Both the position numbers and the translations under genes were made by a program. From Alphaproteobacteria bacterium CG_4_9_14_3_um_filter_47_13 (GTDB taxonomy: Bacteria; Pseudomonadota; Alphaproteobacteria; Micavibrionales; Micavibrionaceae): a stretch of 64,000 bases of DNA. The notes beneath the pieces are model-generated. The model saw only the letters and a program-made list of their open reading frames with translations. It made no database searches and was not told the DNA's origin. Numbering within the stretch: position 1 is the first letter of the stretch; every line of letters starts with the position of its first letter. The stretch is taken from the NCBI GenBank assembly GCA_002789675.1, contig PFTR01000117.1:38762-102761 (forward strand). The letters are read 5' to 3'. Shown here piece after piece: positions 27,979 to 38,204 of this stretch.

Positions 27979-29709
27979 ATGGCGCATTTCATTCTAAAAA
28001 ATCATAAAAGCAGACTTCTTCTCATCATGGTTGTGATTGTCATGAGTTGTGGCTATGCGCTGCGATCGGATGCGCAATATAGCCGGGGGATGAGTGATCT
28101 GGAGATGTCCTCGCTTTTATCCAAGAAATTGCAAAAAAGCGGTTTTGAGGCGGATAAGATGATCAGGTTTTTCGATCCGGTGTCTATCAGGGCGTTTTAT
28201 GAAGCGCGGGATTATAGGCCGCTCTGGAATGATACAGAAGATATCAGAGATATTCTCGGGATTTTTGAAGCGTCATGGACACATGGTTTAAATCCAAACG
28301 AGTATCATGTGACGCAGATTAAACAGTTTTTAAAGGAGGGCAGGCGTGATGGATCCGGTCTGGAGCTGGCTGTTACGGATGGTGTAATGCGCTATGGTCA
28401 TGACCTTGGCGGGATGCGCTTTGATCCGAGCCTGATTAAACAGAAGGCGGAATACTGGCGGATGCCGGTTGATGGACTGACGTTGATGAAGACAGTGACG
28501 GCTAGCCATGATTATGTTCAGGCCATCAAGGATTTTGCCCCTGATAATACACTTTATGTCGCCCTGCAAAAGGAACTGGTGCGGCTTCTTCAGGAAGAAA
28601 GTGGCTATGACCATGTTCTTCCCATGGGTTTTGGTGGTAGCAATCATTTTATACCGGGCAGTAAAAGTAAGGATGTGGTGTCTTTACGGATCCGTCTGGG
28701 CGTTCAGTATAAGCCGGAATATGGCGCTGAAAATTATTATGATGACAATACGGCTTCGGCGATGATGGCCTTCCAGCGCGCCCACGGGCTGGAGCCGGAT
28801 GGTATTATCGGGCCGCAGAGTCTGGCGGTTCTCAATCGTAGCAATCGTGACCGGATGGAGCAGATTGTGGCCAATCTGGAACGGGCGCGTTGGTTGCCGC
28901 AGGAAAAACCGGATCGGTATCTACTGGTTAATATTCCGCAGCAACTGGTCTGGGCTGTTGATAAGGGCAAAACGGTTTTTGAAATGAAGGTGGTTGTCGG
29001 GATGCCGTGGCGCAGGACAAAAGAATTTACAACCGAAGTCAAAGGCGTACGCTTTAATCCGAACTGGACTGTTCCTATCGGGATAAAAATGGCGGATTTC
29101 TTGCCAAAACTTAAAGAAAATCCGGATTATCTGACAGAAAAAAATATCGAGATTATCAAGGGATATGGCAAAGAAGCGGTCACGCTTGATCCGCATGCGA
29201 TTGACTGGAATACGGTGGGCTGGAAAGAAATGGGGGCAATGCGCTTTGTTCAAAATCCCGGTGATGATAATGCCCTGGGTGCGGTTCGTATCCTGATGCC
29301 CAATATCTATAATATTTATATGCATGATACCAATCATCCGGAATTTTTTGAACGCGGACAGAGAACATATAGTTCGGGTTGTATCCGTCTCCATGAACCG
29401 GAGAAAATGGCAAATTTTGTTCTGGGCGGGAATGGGGACTGGTCGCCGCGTGATATGGATGGCATTATCGCTACGGGAAAAACAACGGAAGTTATGACAT
29501 CGAAGCCGTTTCCTGTTTATATCATTTACCAGACAGTCTGGCTGGATGGAAAGGGGCAGATTGTTTATGGCTCTGATGTTTATAAGCGTGACCGGGAATT
29601 GATTGACGTTCTTGCCGCGATGCATGGTTATTATTTGCCAGTCTTCGGAAATGCCGATATCGTATCGGTTGACGGTGAGCATCAGACAGCACTTGCGTAT
29701 AATAACTAA
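27979..29709 (+). CDS. L,D-transpeptidase, YcbB/LdtD-like
   Basis: PG-binding repeat (TASAMMAFQRAHGLEPDGIIG) plus the YkuD catalytic motif HDTN...SSGCIRL. Confidence 0.85.
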   Translation: MAHFILKNHKSRLLLIMVVIVMSCGYALRSDAQYSRGMSDLEMSSLLSKKLQKSGFEADKMIRFFDPVSIRAFYEARDYRPLWNDTEDIRDILGIFEASWTHGLNPNEYHVTQIKQFLKEGRRDGSGLELAVTDGVMRYGHDLGGMRFDPSLIKQKAEYWRMPVDGLTLMKTVTASHDYVQAIKDFAPDNTLYVALQKELVRLLQEESGYDHVLPMGFGGSNHFIPGSKSKDVVSLRIRLGVQYKPEYGAENYYDDNTASAMMAFQRAHGLEPDGIIGPQSLAVLNRSNRDRMEQIVANLERARWLPQEKPDRYLLVNIPQQLVWAVDKGKTVFEMKVVVGMPWRRTKEFTTEVKGVRFNPNWTVPIGIKMADFLPKLKENPDYLTEKNIEIIKGYGKEAVTLDPHAIDWNTVGWKEMGAMRFVQNPGDDNALGAVRILMPNIYNIYMHDTNHPEFFERGQRTYSSGCIRLHEPEKMANFVLGGNGDWSPRDMDGIIATGKTTEVMTSKPFPVYIIYQTVWLDGKGQIVYGSDVYKRDRELIDVLAAMHGYYLPVFGNADIVSVDGEHQTALAYNN

Positions 29710-29726
29710 AATCCTGTAAGCTCTGT

Positions 29727-29742
29727 TGGCACGCTGCTTGCT
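29727..29742 (+). promoter_or_regulatory. sigma-54 type -24/-12 promoter element
   Basis: TTGGCACGctgcTTGCT matches the TGGCACG-N4-TTGCW consensus at every fixed position. It lies 85 nt upstream of ATG 29827 and 18 nt after the preceding stop. Confidence 0.45.
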
Positions 29743-29826
29743 TTAACAATCTATGTTAATAGTGAAACCTCGGAGTTATTCATACGCTTAATATCATTGT
29801 AGACTTATAAAAAGGAGAGGGTTGTT

Positions 29827-30429
29827 ATGCCTGACCGGAATCAACATAGCTTTATGAAAGATACGAAGAAAATTGTAACACGACGCGATATTTTAAAAGC
29901 AGGTTTTCTGGGTGGGTTACTGTTGCCTTTGCTTGCCAGTCCAGTACGGGCAGCCTCAAGGCTGGTTGTCCCTTCCAGCGTGGGCGCAATGAAAATATCA
30001 TTCAGGAATCAGCACACAGGCGAGAGTTTTAATGGTGTTTATCGCGTAGGGGATCGTTATTTGCCTGAATCGTTCGCACAAATTAATACAGTGCTGCGCG
30101 ATTTCAGAACGGGCGAAGTCTTTCCTGTTGACCCGCGTTTGTTTGATATTTTGTATATGGCACGTAATAAACTGGGGGGGAGCGGCTATTTTGAGGTTCT
30201 TTCCGGTTATCGTTCTCCTAAAACCAACGCACAACTGGCGCGGAATGGTGATGGTGTGGCGCAAAATTCTCTTCATATGACGGGGCAAGCCATTGATGTC
30301 CGTTTGCCGGGCTATTCGACAAGAAAGCTTTTTGATCTGGCCGGCGGTTTAAAGGCAGGTGGCGCGGGTTATTACAAGAAAAGCAATTTTGTGCATCTGG
30401 ATACCGGTAAAGTCCGGCACTGGTCTTGA
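29827..30429 (+). CDS. DUF882 / peptidase M15A family protein (MepK/YcbK-like), Tat-exported
   Basis: Twin-arginine leader TRRDILKAGFLGG. Metal-binding blocks HMTGQAIDV and FVHLD. Confidence 0.8.
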   Translation: MPDRNQHSFMKDTKKIVTRRDILKAGFLGGLLLPLLASPVRAASRLVVPSSVGAMKISFRNQHTGESFNGVYRVGDRYLPESFAQINTVLRDFRTGEVFPVDPRLFDILYMARNKLGGSGYFEVLSGYRSPKTNAQLARNGDGVAQNSLHMTGQAIDVRLPGYSTRKLFDLAGGLKAGGAGYYKKSNFVHLDTGKVRHWS

Positions 30430-30523
30430 TAATCTTTGTTTTGCGTTATAGAAAAATTTTCCTTTTCTCGGGAACCGCTTCTCTATATTTATAAAGTCTT
30501 TGATTAAAGAATAAGGGGCTTTT

Positions 30524-31036
30524 ATGATATTTATAGGGTTAGGAGCAAATTTGCCGGGGCGGTTCGGATCTCCGCTGGAGACATTGCAGGCAGCAAAAAA
30601 GGCGATGGAACAGCGCGGTATTGTGATCACCGCAGGTTCGCGGACATGGCTGACGGCACCAGTGCCACTTTCCGACCAGCCATGGTATCATAATGAAGTC
30701 GTCCGGATTGAAACGTGTTTGTCTGCGTTACAATTGCTTGAGATTTTACAGACGATAGAAGAAGAATTTGGACGTGTTCGCGCTGTACGTAATGCGCCGC
30801 GTGTTCTGGATCTGGATCTGATTGCCTATAAGGACGAAATTCTGAATAAGCCGGAGCTTATTGTGCCGCATCCGCGTATGCATAGACGTGCGTTTGTTCT
30901 GCTGCCCCTGCAAGAAGTGGCCGGACATTGGGAACATCCGGCGCTGGGTATGACCCTTGATGACCTTATCATGAACCTGTGTGGGGATCAGGAAGCGCGG
31001 CCTATGGAGTTACCCTCTTTGCAAAGGGCTGTCTAG
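30524..31036 (+). CDS. folK: 2-amino-4-hydroxy-6-hydroxymethyldihydropteridine diphosphokinase
   Basis: LDLDLIAY...LIVPHPRMHRRAFVLLPL signature. Confidence 0.85.
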   Translation: MIFIGLGANLPGRFGSPLETLQAAKKAMEQRGIVITAGSRTWLTAPVPLSDQPWYHNEVVRIETCLSALQLLEILQTIEEEFGRVRAVRNAPRVLDLDLIAYKDEILNKPELIVPHPRMHRRAFVLLPLQEVAGHWEHPALGMTLDDLIMNLCGDQEARPMELPSLQRAV

Positions 31037-31885
31037 ATGGTATCCATTTTAAAGCGGAGAGGCTATAATTTGCCTTTTATCATGGGGATTGTCAATGTCA
31101 CGCCGGACAGCTTTTTCGATGGTGGTGCTTTTGCTGCGCCAGAAAATGCTATCCGGCATGGCTTGAATCTGGTCGCGCAGGGCGCGGATATTCTGGATAT
31201 TGGCGGGGAGTCAACCCGTCCCGATGCAAAACCTGTAACCCCGCAGCAGGAAATGGACAGGGTTCTTCCCGTTATTGAAGGGCTGCGTGATTGCGGTAAA
31301 ATTCTTTCCATTGATACACGCCATGCCCGGACAATGCGTGAAGCGATAAAAGCGGGTGCCGGGATGGTGAATGATGTCAGTGCTTTGCAGCATGAAAACG
31401 AGAGTCTTGGAAGTGTCGCAAAAGGTGATTTTCCGGTTTGCCTGATGCATATGCAGGGTACACCGCAAACGATGCAGCAAAATCCGCAATATAATGATGT
31501 CGTAAGAGACATTGTATCTTTCTTTCAAGACCGGATGGCCGCTTGTGAAAAGGCAGGACTCTCGAAAGACAGGATTGTGATCGACCCCGGTATCGGGTTT
31601 GGAAAAACATTGCAGCATAATTTACTCATCTTGCGCAATATAAAGGAATTCGGGGTGCTGGGTGTGCCTGTTCTTCTCGGGCTGTCGCGGAAAAGTTTTA
31701 TCGAAAAAATTATGGCGCAGACTCCCGTCGTACAACGTCTTCCCGGATCGCTTGCAGGAGCGCTATGGGCGATGGCGCAGGGGGTGGATATCCTGCGCGT
31801 TCATGATGTTGCGGAAACAAAGCAGGCACTTACTGTGTATCAGGCGATTAATTCCCCTGTTCAATCATGTTTTTCAGACGCATAA
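31037..31885 (+). CDS. folP: dihydropteroate synthase
   Basis: MGIVNVTPDSFFDGG and DIGGESTRP motifs. The ATG directly follows the folK stop. Confidence 0.9.
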   Translation: MVSILKRRGYNLPFIMGIVNVTPDSFFDGGAFAAPENAIRHGLNLVAQGADILDIGGESTRPDAKPVTPQQEMDRVLPVIEGLRDCGKILSIDTRHARTMREAIKAGAGMVNDVSALQHENESLGSVAKGDFPVCLMHMQGTPQTMQQNPQYNDVVRDIVSFFQDRMAACEKAGLSKDRIVIDPGIGFGKTLQHNLLILRNIKEFGVLGVPVLLGLSRKSFIEKIMAQTPVVQRLPGSLAGALWAMAQGVDILRVHDVAETKQALTVYQAINSPVQSCFSDA

Positions 31886-31892
31886 TCTTTCT

Positions 31893-32651
31893 ATGGAACA
31901 ATGGCAGGATCAGGGAATAGTGCTATCGGCGCGGGCGCATGGAGAAAGTGGCGCGGTTGTGTCGGTATTGACGGAATCTTATGGGCGGCATATGGGGTAT
32001 GTACGCGGGGCGCATTCGTCGAAAATGCGGGGATTGCTGGAACCGGGGAATCTGGTGGGGGTAAACTGGCAGACGCGTGTTGATGGAAATCTGGGAACTT
32101 TTATGCTGGAGCAGGATCGTTATCTGGCAAGCGGATTGCTGCATGATCCTTTGAAGCTCGGGGCGTTGCTGGCGGCATGTAGTCTGTGTGATGAAGCGTT
32201 GCCCGAGCGGGAAGGGCATAGTGGCCTGTTTCACGGATTTATCGCGCTGATAGAGTCGATGGAAAGTGACATATGGGGTGCAGCCTATGTCATGTGGGAG
32301 ATTGCGCTTCTGCGGGAGTTGGGGTTCGGGCTTGATTTTTCGCGTTGCGCTGGCGGGGGGGGCCCGGATACGCTTTGTTATATCAGTCCGAAATCGGGTC
32401 ATGCGGTAAGTGCAGAGGCGGGGGCGCCTTATCAGGATAAGTTGCTGCCTTTGCCTTCATTCCTCAAGCCTGCCAGAGACGAGATCACCGATGCGGAAAT
32501 CCTGAAAGGAATTGAAATGACAGGATATTTTCTGGAGCATTGGGCTTTTGTGCATCATAGCAAAGGGGTTCCGGAGGCGCGGCAACGGTTTCAGGAGCGT
32601 TTTGCAGCCTATTGTACAAGACAGAATGCACCAGAATTGTTGAAAGCCTGA
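31893..32651 (+). CDS. recO: DNA repair protein RecO
   Basis: MEQWQDQGIVLSARAHGESGAVVSVLTESYGRHMGYVRGA is RecO-like. Start set at ATG 31893, because the track ORF start at 31662 runs inside folP. Confidence 0.8.
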   Translation: MEQWQDQGIVLSARAHGESGAVVSVLTESYGRHMGYVRGAHSSKMRGLLEPGNLVGVNWQTRVDGNLGTFMLEQDRYLASGLLHDPLKLGALLAACSLCDEALPEREGHSGLFHGFIALIESMESDIWGAAYVMWEIALLRELGFGLDFSRCAGGGGPDTLCYISPKSGHAVSAEAGAPYQDKLLPLPSFLKPARDEITDAEILKGIEMTGYFLEHWAFVHHSKGVPEARQRFQERFAAYCTRQNAPELLKA

Positions 32652-32704
32652 TTTTTTTCAAGGCATCCTCTTGCAATCAGTGTGGAAGCCGTTAAAGTCT
32701 GGTC

Positions 32705-34948
32705 ATGGCAAAAAAAGATGGTACAGCGACAACAAGAGATCATATGATTGACGAGCCGATCGGGGATATTCTCTCTGATCGTTATTTATCCTATGCGCTA
32801 TCTACAATTATGAGCCGCTCGCTGCCGGATGTACGGGACGGGTTGAAGCCCGTTCATCGGCGTCTGCTCTATGCGATGTATCAGCTAAAACTCAATCCCG
32901 AAACAGGTCCCAAAAAATCGGCACGGGTTGTCGGGGATGTCATTGGTAAATTTCATCCGCATGGCGATGTCGCGGTTTATGACGCGATGGTACGGCTAGC
33001 GCAGGATTTTGCAGTGCGCTACCCCCTTGTTGACGGGCAGGGGAATTTCGGAAATATTGATGGCGATAATGCAGCGGCCATGCGTTATACCGAAGCGCGG
33101 ATGACGGCAGTAGCGGGGTTATTGCTCGAAGGCATTGACGAGAATGCTGTTGATTTTCGGGCAACTTATGACGGAGACGGTAGCGAGCCGATTGTTTTGC
33201 CGGGAAATTTTCCGAATTTGCTGGCAAATGGGGCAACGGGCATTGCCGTAGGCATGGCCACAAATATTCCGCCGCATAACGTATATGAATTGCTACAGGC
33301 CTGTCTTCTATTGCTGGATGAAGATCCGGGCATCCGGAAACTGGCAGGGGTTATCAAGGGCCCCGATTTTCCGACAGGCGGGATTCTGGTGGAGCCAAAA
33401 GAGGAAATTCTGAAAGCCTATGAGACGGGACGCGGATCTTTTCGATTACGGGCGCGGTGGGAGCGGGAAGATCTGAAGCAGGGGCTGTATCAGATTATTG
33501 TGACGGAAATCCCCTATCAGGTTCAAAAAGCCAAAATTGTCGAGAAAATTGCCGAGCTGATTTATAATAAAAAATTACCAATGCTTGATGATGTGATTGA
33601 TGAAAGCGCCGAGGATATCCGGCTGGTGCTGGTGCCGAAGAACCGGAATATCGAGCCGGAACTGTTGATGGAAGCTTTGTTCCGTCATACCGATCTTGAA
33701 ACACGCTTTAGCCTGAATATGAACGTGCTGGATGGGGGGCTTGTTCCTAAGGTTATGAATTTGAAGGAAGTTTTGCAGGCGTGGCTGGATCATCGGCAGA
33801 TTGTTCTTGTCCGGCGTTCTGCTTATCGGCTGGAAAAAGTCCTCCACAGGATTGAAGTTTTGGGCGGCTATCTGATTGTTTTTCTTAATATTGATGAGGT
33901 TATCCGGATCATTCGGGAAGAAGATGACCCGAAAATGGGTCTGGTTGACGCGTTCGGGTTAAGTGAGGTGCAGGCAGATGCCGTGCTGAATATGCGTTTG
34001 CGGAGCTTGCGCAAGCTTGAGGAAATTGAACTTCGCAAGGAGCATGACGCGCTAAGTGCCGAGCGTGACGGGCTGGTCACGCTGATAGGGTCTGAATCGG
34101 CGCAGTGGGATGAGATCCGCCGCCAGATTGAAGCTTTGAAAGATATGTTTGGGTCCAGAACGGTGCTTGGTAAACGCCGGACGGAAATCGGCATGGCGCC
34201 AGCGCCGGTTGATGTCGAGGAGCTGAGCGAAGCGATGATCGAGAAAGAGCCTGTAACGGTGATTTGCTCGGCCAAAGGCTGGATCCGGGCTTTTAAAGGG
34301 CATGGTCATAATGCGGAAGAGTTCAAATATAAAGAAGGCGACCGTGACCGGTTTGTTCTGGAAGGCCAGACAACCGACAAAATTCTGGTGTTCGGAACAA
34401 ATGGACGTTTTTATACAATCGGCTGTGACAAGCTTCCTTCAGGACGGGGCTTTGGCGAGCCGTTGCGCTTGATGGCTGATTTGCCCAATGATGCCGAAAT
34501 TGCAGCGCTTAAGATTTATGAAGCAGACAGCAGGTTGCTGGTGGCTGCGGATGATGGACGTGGTTTTATTGTGGCAGAAAAGGATGTGCTGGCGCAGACA
34601 AGGACGGGAAAACAGATTCTGAATGTCGGCGGTAAAACCGAGGCAAAGTTCTGTGTGACGATCGCACAGGACATGGATCATCTGGCTACGATTGGTACAA
34701 ATCGCAAGATGCTGGTCTTTGCCCTTGAGGAGATTCCGGAAATGGCGCGGGGTAAAGGTGTTATTTTGCAACGCTTTAAGGATGGCGCTTTATCGGATGC
34801 CAAGCCATTTCAATGGGATATGGGCTTGAGCTTTAAATATGGCGCGGGTGAAACGCTCGTTGCTGATATTAATCCGTGGCTTGGTCAACGTGCACAGGCC
34901 GGACGTCTGCCGCCAAATGGGTTTCCAAAGAATAATAAATTCGGGTGA
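32705..34948 (+). CDS. parC: DNA topoisomerase IV subunit A
   Basis: [17 protein letters not shown] and [10 protein letters not shown] (active-site Tyr). 747 aa, and lacks the GyrA-box-type C-terminus. Confidence 0.85.
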   Translation: MAKKDGTATTRDHMIDEPIGDILSDRYLSYALSTIMSRSLPDVRDGLKPVHRRLLYAMYQLKLNPETGPKKSARVVGDVIGKFHPHGDVAVYDAMVRLAQDFAVRYPLVDGQGNFGNIDGDNAAAMRYTEARMTAVAGLLLEGIDENAVDFRATYDGDGSEPIVLPGNFPNLLANGATGIAVGMATNIPPHNVYELLQACLLLLDEDPGIRKLAGVIKGPDFPTGGILVEPKEEILKAYETGRGSFRLRARWEREDLKQGLYQIIVTEIPYQVQKAKIVEKIAELIYNKKLPMLDDVIDESAEDIRLVLVPKNRNIEPELLMEALFRHTDLETRFSLNMNVLDGGLVPKVMNLKEVLQAWLDHRQIVLVRRSAYRLEKVLHRIEVLGGYLIVFLNIDEVIRIIREEDDPKMGLVDAFGLSEVQADAVLNMRLRSLRKLEEIELRKEHDALSAERDGLVTLIGSESAQWDEIRRQIEALKDMFGSRTVLGKRRTEIGMAPAPVDVEELSEAMIEKEPVTVICSAKGWIRAFKGHGHNAEEFKYKEGDRDRFVLEGQTTDKILVFGTNGRFYTIGCDKLPSGRGFGEPLRLMADLPNDAEIAALKIYEADSRLLVAADDGRGFIVAEKDVLAQTRTGKQILNVGGKTEAKFCVTIAQDMDHLATIGTNRKMLVFALEEIPEMARGKGVILQRFKDGALSDAKPFQWDMGLSFKYGAGETLVADINPWLGQRAQAGRLPPNGFPKNNKFG

Positions 34949-34974
34949 TATTCCTTTTTTCTTGAGCGTAACAC

Positions 34975-35997
34975 TCACGGAAAATAAACTTCGCCCGGTG
35001 ACTTTTTGAAAGTACCTGCGGGTTTATCATTCACAGGCGGGGTATCCTGATAACGGTTGGCCTTTTCCTTTGGTGGCGGAGGAGTGTCAATTTCAGGTTT
35101 TTCAGAGTCAAAGGCGCCGCGTTCAAGGGCATGTTCAACGGTTTCGCGCAGCAGGAGAATGCTGATACGGCGGTTGCGAGCATCAAGCGGGTTGTCGGTC
35201 ATGAGATGTTCACGGTCGGCTTTGCCCATGACATCGTGCAGGCGGTTCACATCGGTTCCTTTTTCAAGCAGGACACGGCGCGCTGCATTGGCACGGTCGG
35301 CGGAAAGCTCCCAGTTGGTATAAGGGGCACCCGGCGCGTATTTATAGCTGTCAGTATGACCACGAATGGAAACATCATTTGGCAGGGCTTTGATGGCTCC
35401 GGCAACAGCATTCATCAGAAGTTTTGTTTTGTCCAGCATCCGTGCGCTTCCCGAGGCGAACATGGGTTTGCCTTCCTGATCAATAATCTGGATTCTTAGT
35501 CCTTCGGGAGTGATGTCAATTTGCAGGTGTTTTGCCAGTTCCCTTAGTTCTTCGCTGGACTGAAGTGCCTGTTCCAGTTCGGCTTTGGCTTGCTGGAAAC
35601 GAGCCTCTTCCTGTGCACGGAGCTGTTCTTCCATATCCTGCAGAGTGGCTTCCGTTTTTTGCTCGTTGCTTTTCTGACCCTGTGATTGTGGCTGGACGGG
35701 CTGCTGGTTCATCTCGGCCATGGCGCCTTCTGCGGACATCGTCAGGCCACCAAGAACGCCGCCCGCACCGCTTGATGAGTCCGACACTTTAGGATGGGAT
35801 GGGTCAAAATAACTGGAGATGACTTCCAGCGCTTCATCGGTGCTCACATTCAGTAGCCAGAGCAGCAGAAAAAATGCCATCATCGCAGTCACAAAATCGG
35901 CATAGGCGACTTTCCACGCACCGCCATGATGACCACCGCCTTTTTTGATCACCTTTTTGACGATGATGGCCGCTTGCATTTCATCCTGTTTACTCAT
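34975..35997 (-). CDS. motB: flagellar motor stator protein MotB
   Basis: N-terminal plug/TM region (AWKVAYADFVTAMMAFFLLLWL) and C-terminal OmpA-like domain (IRGHTDS...NWELSADRANAARRVL). Follows motA. Confidence 0.8.
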   Translation of the reverse strand: MSKQDEMQAAIIVKKVIKKGGGHHGGAWKVAYADFVTAMMAFFLLLWLLNVSTDEALEVISSYFDPSHPKVSDSSSGAGGVLGGLTMSAEGAMAEMNQQPVQPQSQGQKSNEQKTEATLQDMEEQLRAQEEARFQQAKAELEQALQSSEELRELAKHLQIDITPEGLRIQIIDQEGKPMFASGSARMLDKTKLLMNAVAGAIKALPNDVSIRGHTDSYKYAPGAPYTNWELSADRANAARRVLLEKGTDVNRLHDVMGKADREHLMTDNPLDARNRRISILLLRETVEHALERGAFDSEKPEIDTPPPPKEKANRYQDTPPVNDKPAGTFKKSPGEVYFP

Positions 35998-36012
35998 GCG
36001 GAATCCTGTGCT

Positions 36013-36879
36013 TTATCCGGGGCTGGGCAGTTCGTTCAGCTTTTCTTCAAGCTCAAGGAAGGTCGGCTGGACGTGGTGCGGTAAAAACTTTCTGGAAAAT
36101 TCTACGGCTATCTGGGGGGCAGAGCCATTCAGGAAAGACAGAATAGAAACTTTGATACAGCGATAATAAAGTACTTCGGACTCGCCTTTGGTGCCAAGGG
36201 CACTGGCAATCGGCCCCACGAAACCATAAGCCAGAAACACCCCGAGGAATGTACCGACAAGCGCGCCGCCAATCATTTTTCCCAGAACTTCCGGAGGCTC
36301 GGTAATTGAACCCATTGTTTTAATAATGCCAAGAACCGCCGCGACGATACCAAGGGCGGGAATGCCATCGGCCATGGTCTGGATCGCATGGGACGGGTGC
36401 ATTTTTTCATGTTCCAGCGTTTCAATTTCTTCATCCATCAGGGCTTCTATCTCGTGCGCATTTTCATTGCCCATCGAGATAATCCTGAGATAATCGCATA
36501 GGAAGATAATCGCATGATGATTGCCATGAAAGCCGGGAAACTGTTTGAACAGTTCGCTTTCCTCAGGGTTTTCTATATGGGATTCCAGCGCCAGCCAGCC
36601 TTTGGTACGCGCCAGTTTGAATACCATATAAAGGACGCTCATCAGCTCGATATAGTCTTCTTTATTGTGGGCTTCAGGCTTGATCATACAGTTCATGCCC
36701 TTTATCGTGGCTTTGATCGTATGCCCCGAATTGGCAACAATAAAAGCTCCGACTGCGGCACCGATGATAGTGAGTCCTTCAAAAGGAAGCGCATGGAGAA
36801 TAGGCGCCATTTTTCCGCCGGCAAGCATATAACCGGCAAAAACGCAGACAATAACAACAACAAAACCAACAAGTTTCAT
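36013..36879 (-). CDS. motA: flagellar motor stator protein MotA
   Basis: 288 aa, four-TM MotA/TolQ/ExbB-type protein, immediately upstream of motB. Confidence 0.85.
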   Translation of the reverse strand: MKLVGFVVVIVCVFAGYMLAGGKMAPILHALPFEGLTIIGAAVGAFIVANSGHTIKATIKGMNCMIKPEAHNKEDYIELMSVLYMVFKLARTKGWLALESHIENPEESELFKQFPGFHGNHHAIIFLCDYLRIISMGNENAHEIEALMDEEIETLEHEKMHPSHAIQTMADGIPALGIVAAVLGIIKTMGSITEPPEVLGKMIGGALVGTFLGVFLAYGFVGPIASALGTKGESEVLYYRCIKVSILSFLNGSAPQIAVEFSRKFLPHHVQPTFLELEEKLNELPSPG

Positions 36880-37118
36880 AAGATCACAAGAAATCCTTTC
36901 TTGTCGTATGGGATCGAGCCGTCAGGAACAAGACCGCCACTTTATAAAGAATGCCCGAAATTTCTTAACAGACTATGAGTATTTTTACTTTTTTTGAAAC
37001 GGAAGACAAGGGCAGAAAGATAATACCATAATAAAATTTATTGCTTAATATATTTCCAGTGCTTTTAAGGCCTACTATTCATAGAGGGAAAATTAGGATG
37101 GCTATATATTTTATAAAG

Positions 37119-38129
37119 TTAAAGATGGTTCTGTAGAATTTTTGCCGCATCCAGTGCGCTATAAGTCAGAATGCCATCGGCTCCGGCGCGGCGGAAGCTG
37201 GTGAGGGTTTCCATCATCACATTCTCGTAGTCCAGCACACCCGCTTGCGCAGCGAAACGCAACATCGCGTATTCTCCAGAAACGTTATAGGCAAAGGTTG
37301 GCATGGCAAATTCCTGTTTGATCCGCCACAGAATATCAAGATAGGGCAGACCCGGTTTGACCATGACCATATCTGCGCCTTCCTGAATATCAAGTGCGAC
37401 TTCGCGCAGGGCTTCATCACCATTGGCAGGATCCATCTGGTAGGTTTTCCGGTCGCCTTTTTTCAGGCTGCATCCGGCGGCATCGCGGAAAGGGCCATAA
37501 AAATGCGAGGCATATTTGGCGGCATAGGCCAGAATGGCGCGGTCTTCAAAACCTTCTTTGTCCAGCCCGTTGCGGATCGCGGCAACCTGACCATCCATCA
37601 TTCCGGAAGGGGCAAGAATATCCGCGCCAGCGCGAGCGGCAATGATGGCCTGTCGCGCAATATTTTCCAGTGTGGCATCATTATCCACGGTTCCTTCGGA
37701 AGTCAGAGGCCCGCAATGACCATGATCAGTATATTCACAGAAACACAGATCGGCCATAATGACCAGATCGGGACAGGCCGCACGGACATTGCCAACCATC
37801 CGGTCAAGAAGGCCGCCGGATATCATGCTGTCGTGCCCTTCGTGATCTTTGTGATGGGAAACACCAAAGAGCATGAGAGCGCCAAGACCGGCTTTTTCAG
37901 CTTCTTTGGCACGGGTGACAACAGAGGTTTCAGTTTCGCGGAATACTCCGGGCATGGCATTGATCGGGGTGCGCTCTTCAAGCGTTTCCTCGACAAAAAC
38001 AGGAAGGATGAGATGGCGCGGTTCCAGCGTTGTTTCACGAAGTAAAGTACGAATGCCGGCTGTACGCCGTCCGCGCCGCATTCTGGTGCGGGGGAAATGA
38101 ACGGAATGATTATTATTTGTCGGGATCAT
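37119..38129 (-). CDS. hemB: porphobilinogen synthase
   Basis: ALAD family. Schiff-base lysine context DMVMVKPGLPYLDI. Confidence 0.95.
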   Translation of the reverse strand: MIPTNNNHSVHFPRTRMRRGRRTAGIRTLLRETTLEPRHLILPVFVEETLEERTPINAMPGVFRETETSVVTRAKEAEKAGLGALMLFGVSHHKDHEGHDSMISGGLLDRMVGNVRAACPDLVIMADLCFCEYTDHGHCGPLTSEGTVDNDATLENIARQAIIAARAGADILAPSGMMDGQVAAIRNGLDKEGFEDRAILAYAAKYASHFYGPFRDAAGCSLKKGDRKTYQMDPANGDEALREVALDIQEGADMVMVKPGLPYLDILWRIKQEFAMPTFAYNVSGEYAMLRFAAQAGVLDYENVMMETLTSFRRAGADGILTYSALDAAKILQNHL

Positions 38130-38204
38130 TCTTTAAAAAACCTTTGGTGCATTAGTTTATATTGCTATGCTGTTCATAAGAAACCAGCAAAATGGATGTT
38201 CTTG

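Noticed and set aside
37245-38045. 266-aa ORF antisense to hemB. Similar long antisense ORFs occur at 28921..29682 in the L,D-transpeptidase gene, 59979..60644 in metY, 5986..6585 in the DJ-1 gene, 3740..4351 in the OmpA gene, 16404..17042 in phaA and 11847..12323 in asmA.
   Set aside because: Each lies entirely opposite a gene with strong family motifs. Their products are low-complexity and rich in R/G/S/C, and they lack Shine-Dalgarno sequences. These are typical shadow ORFs.
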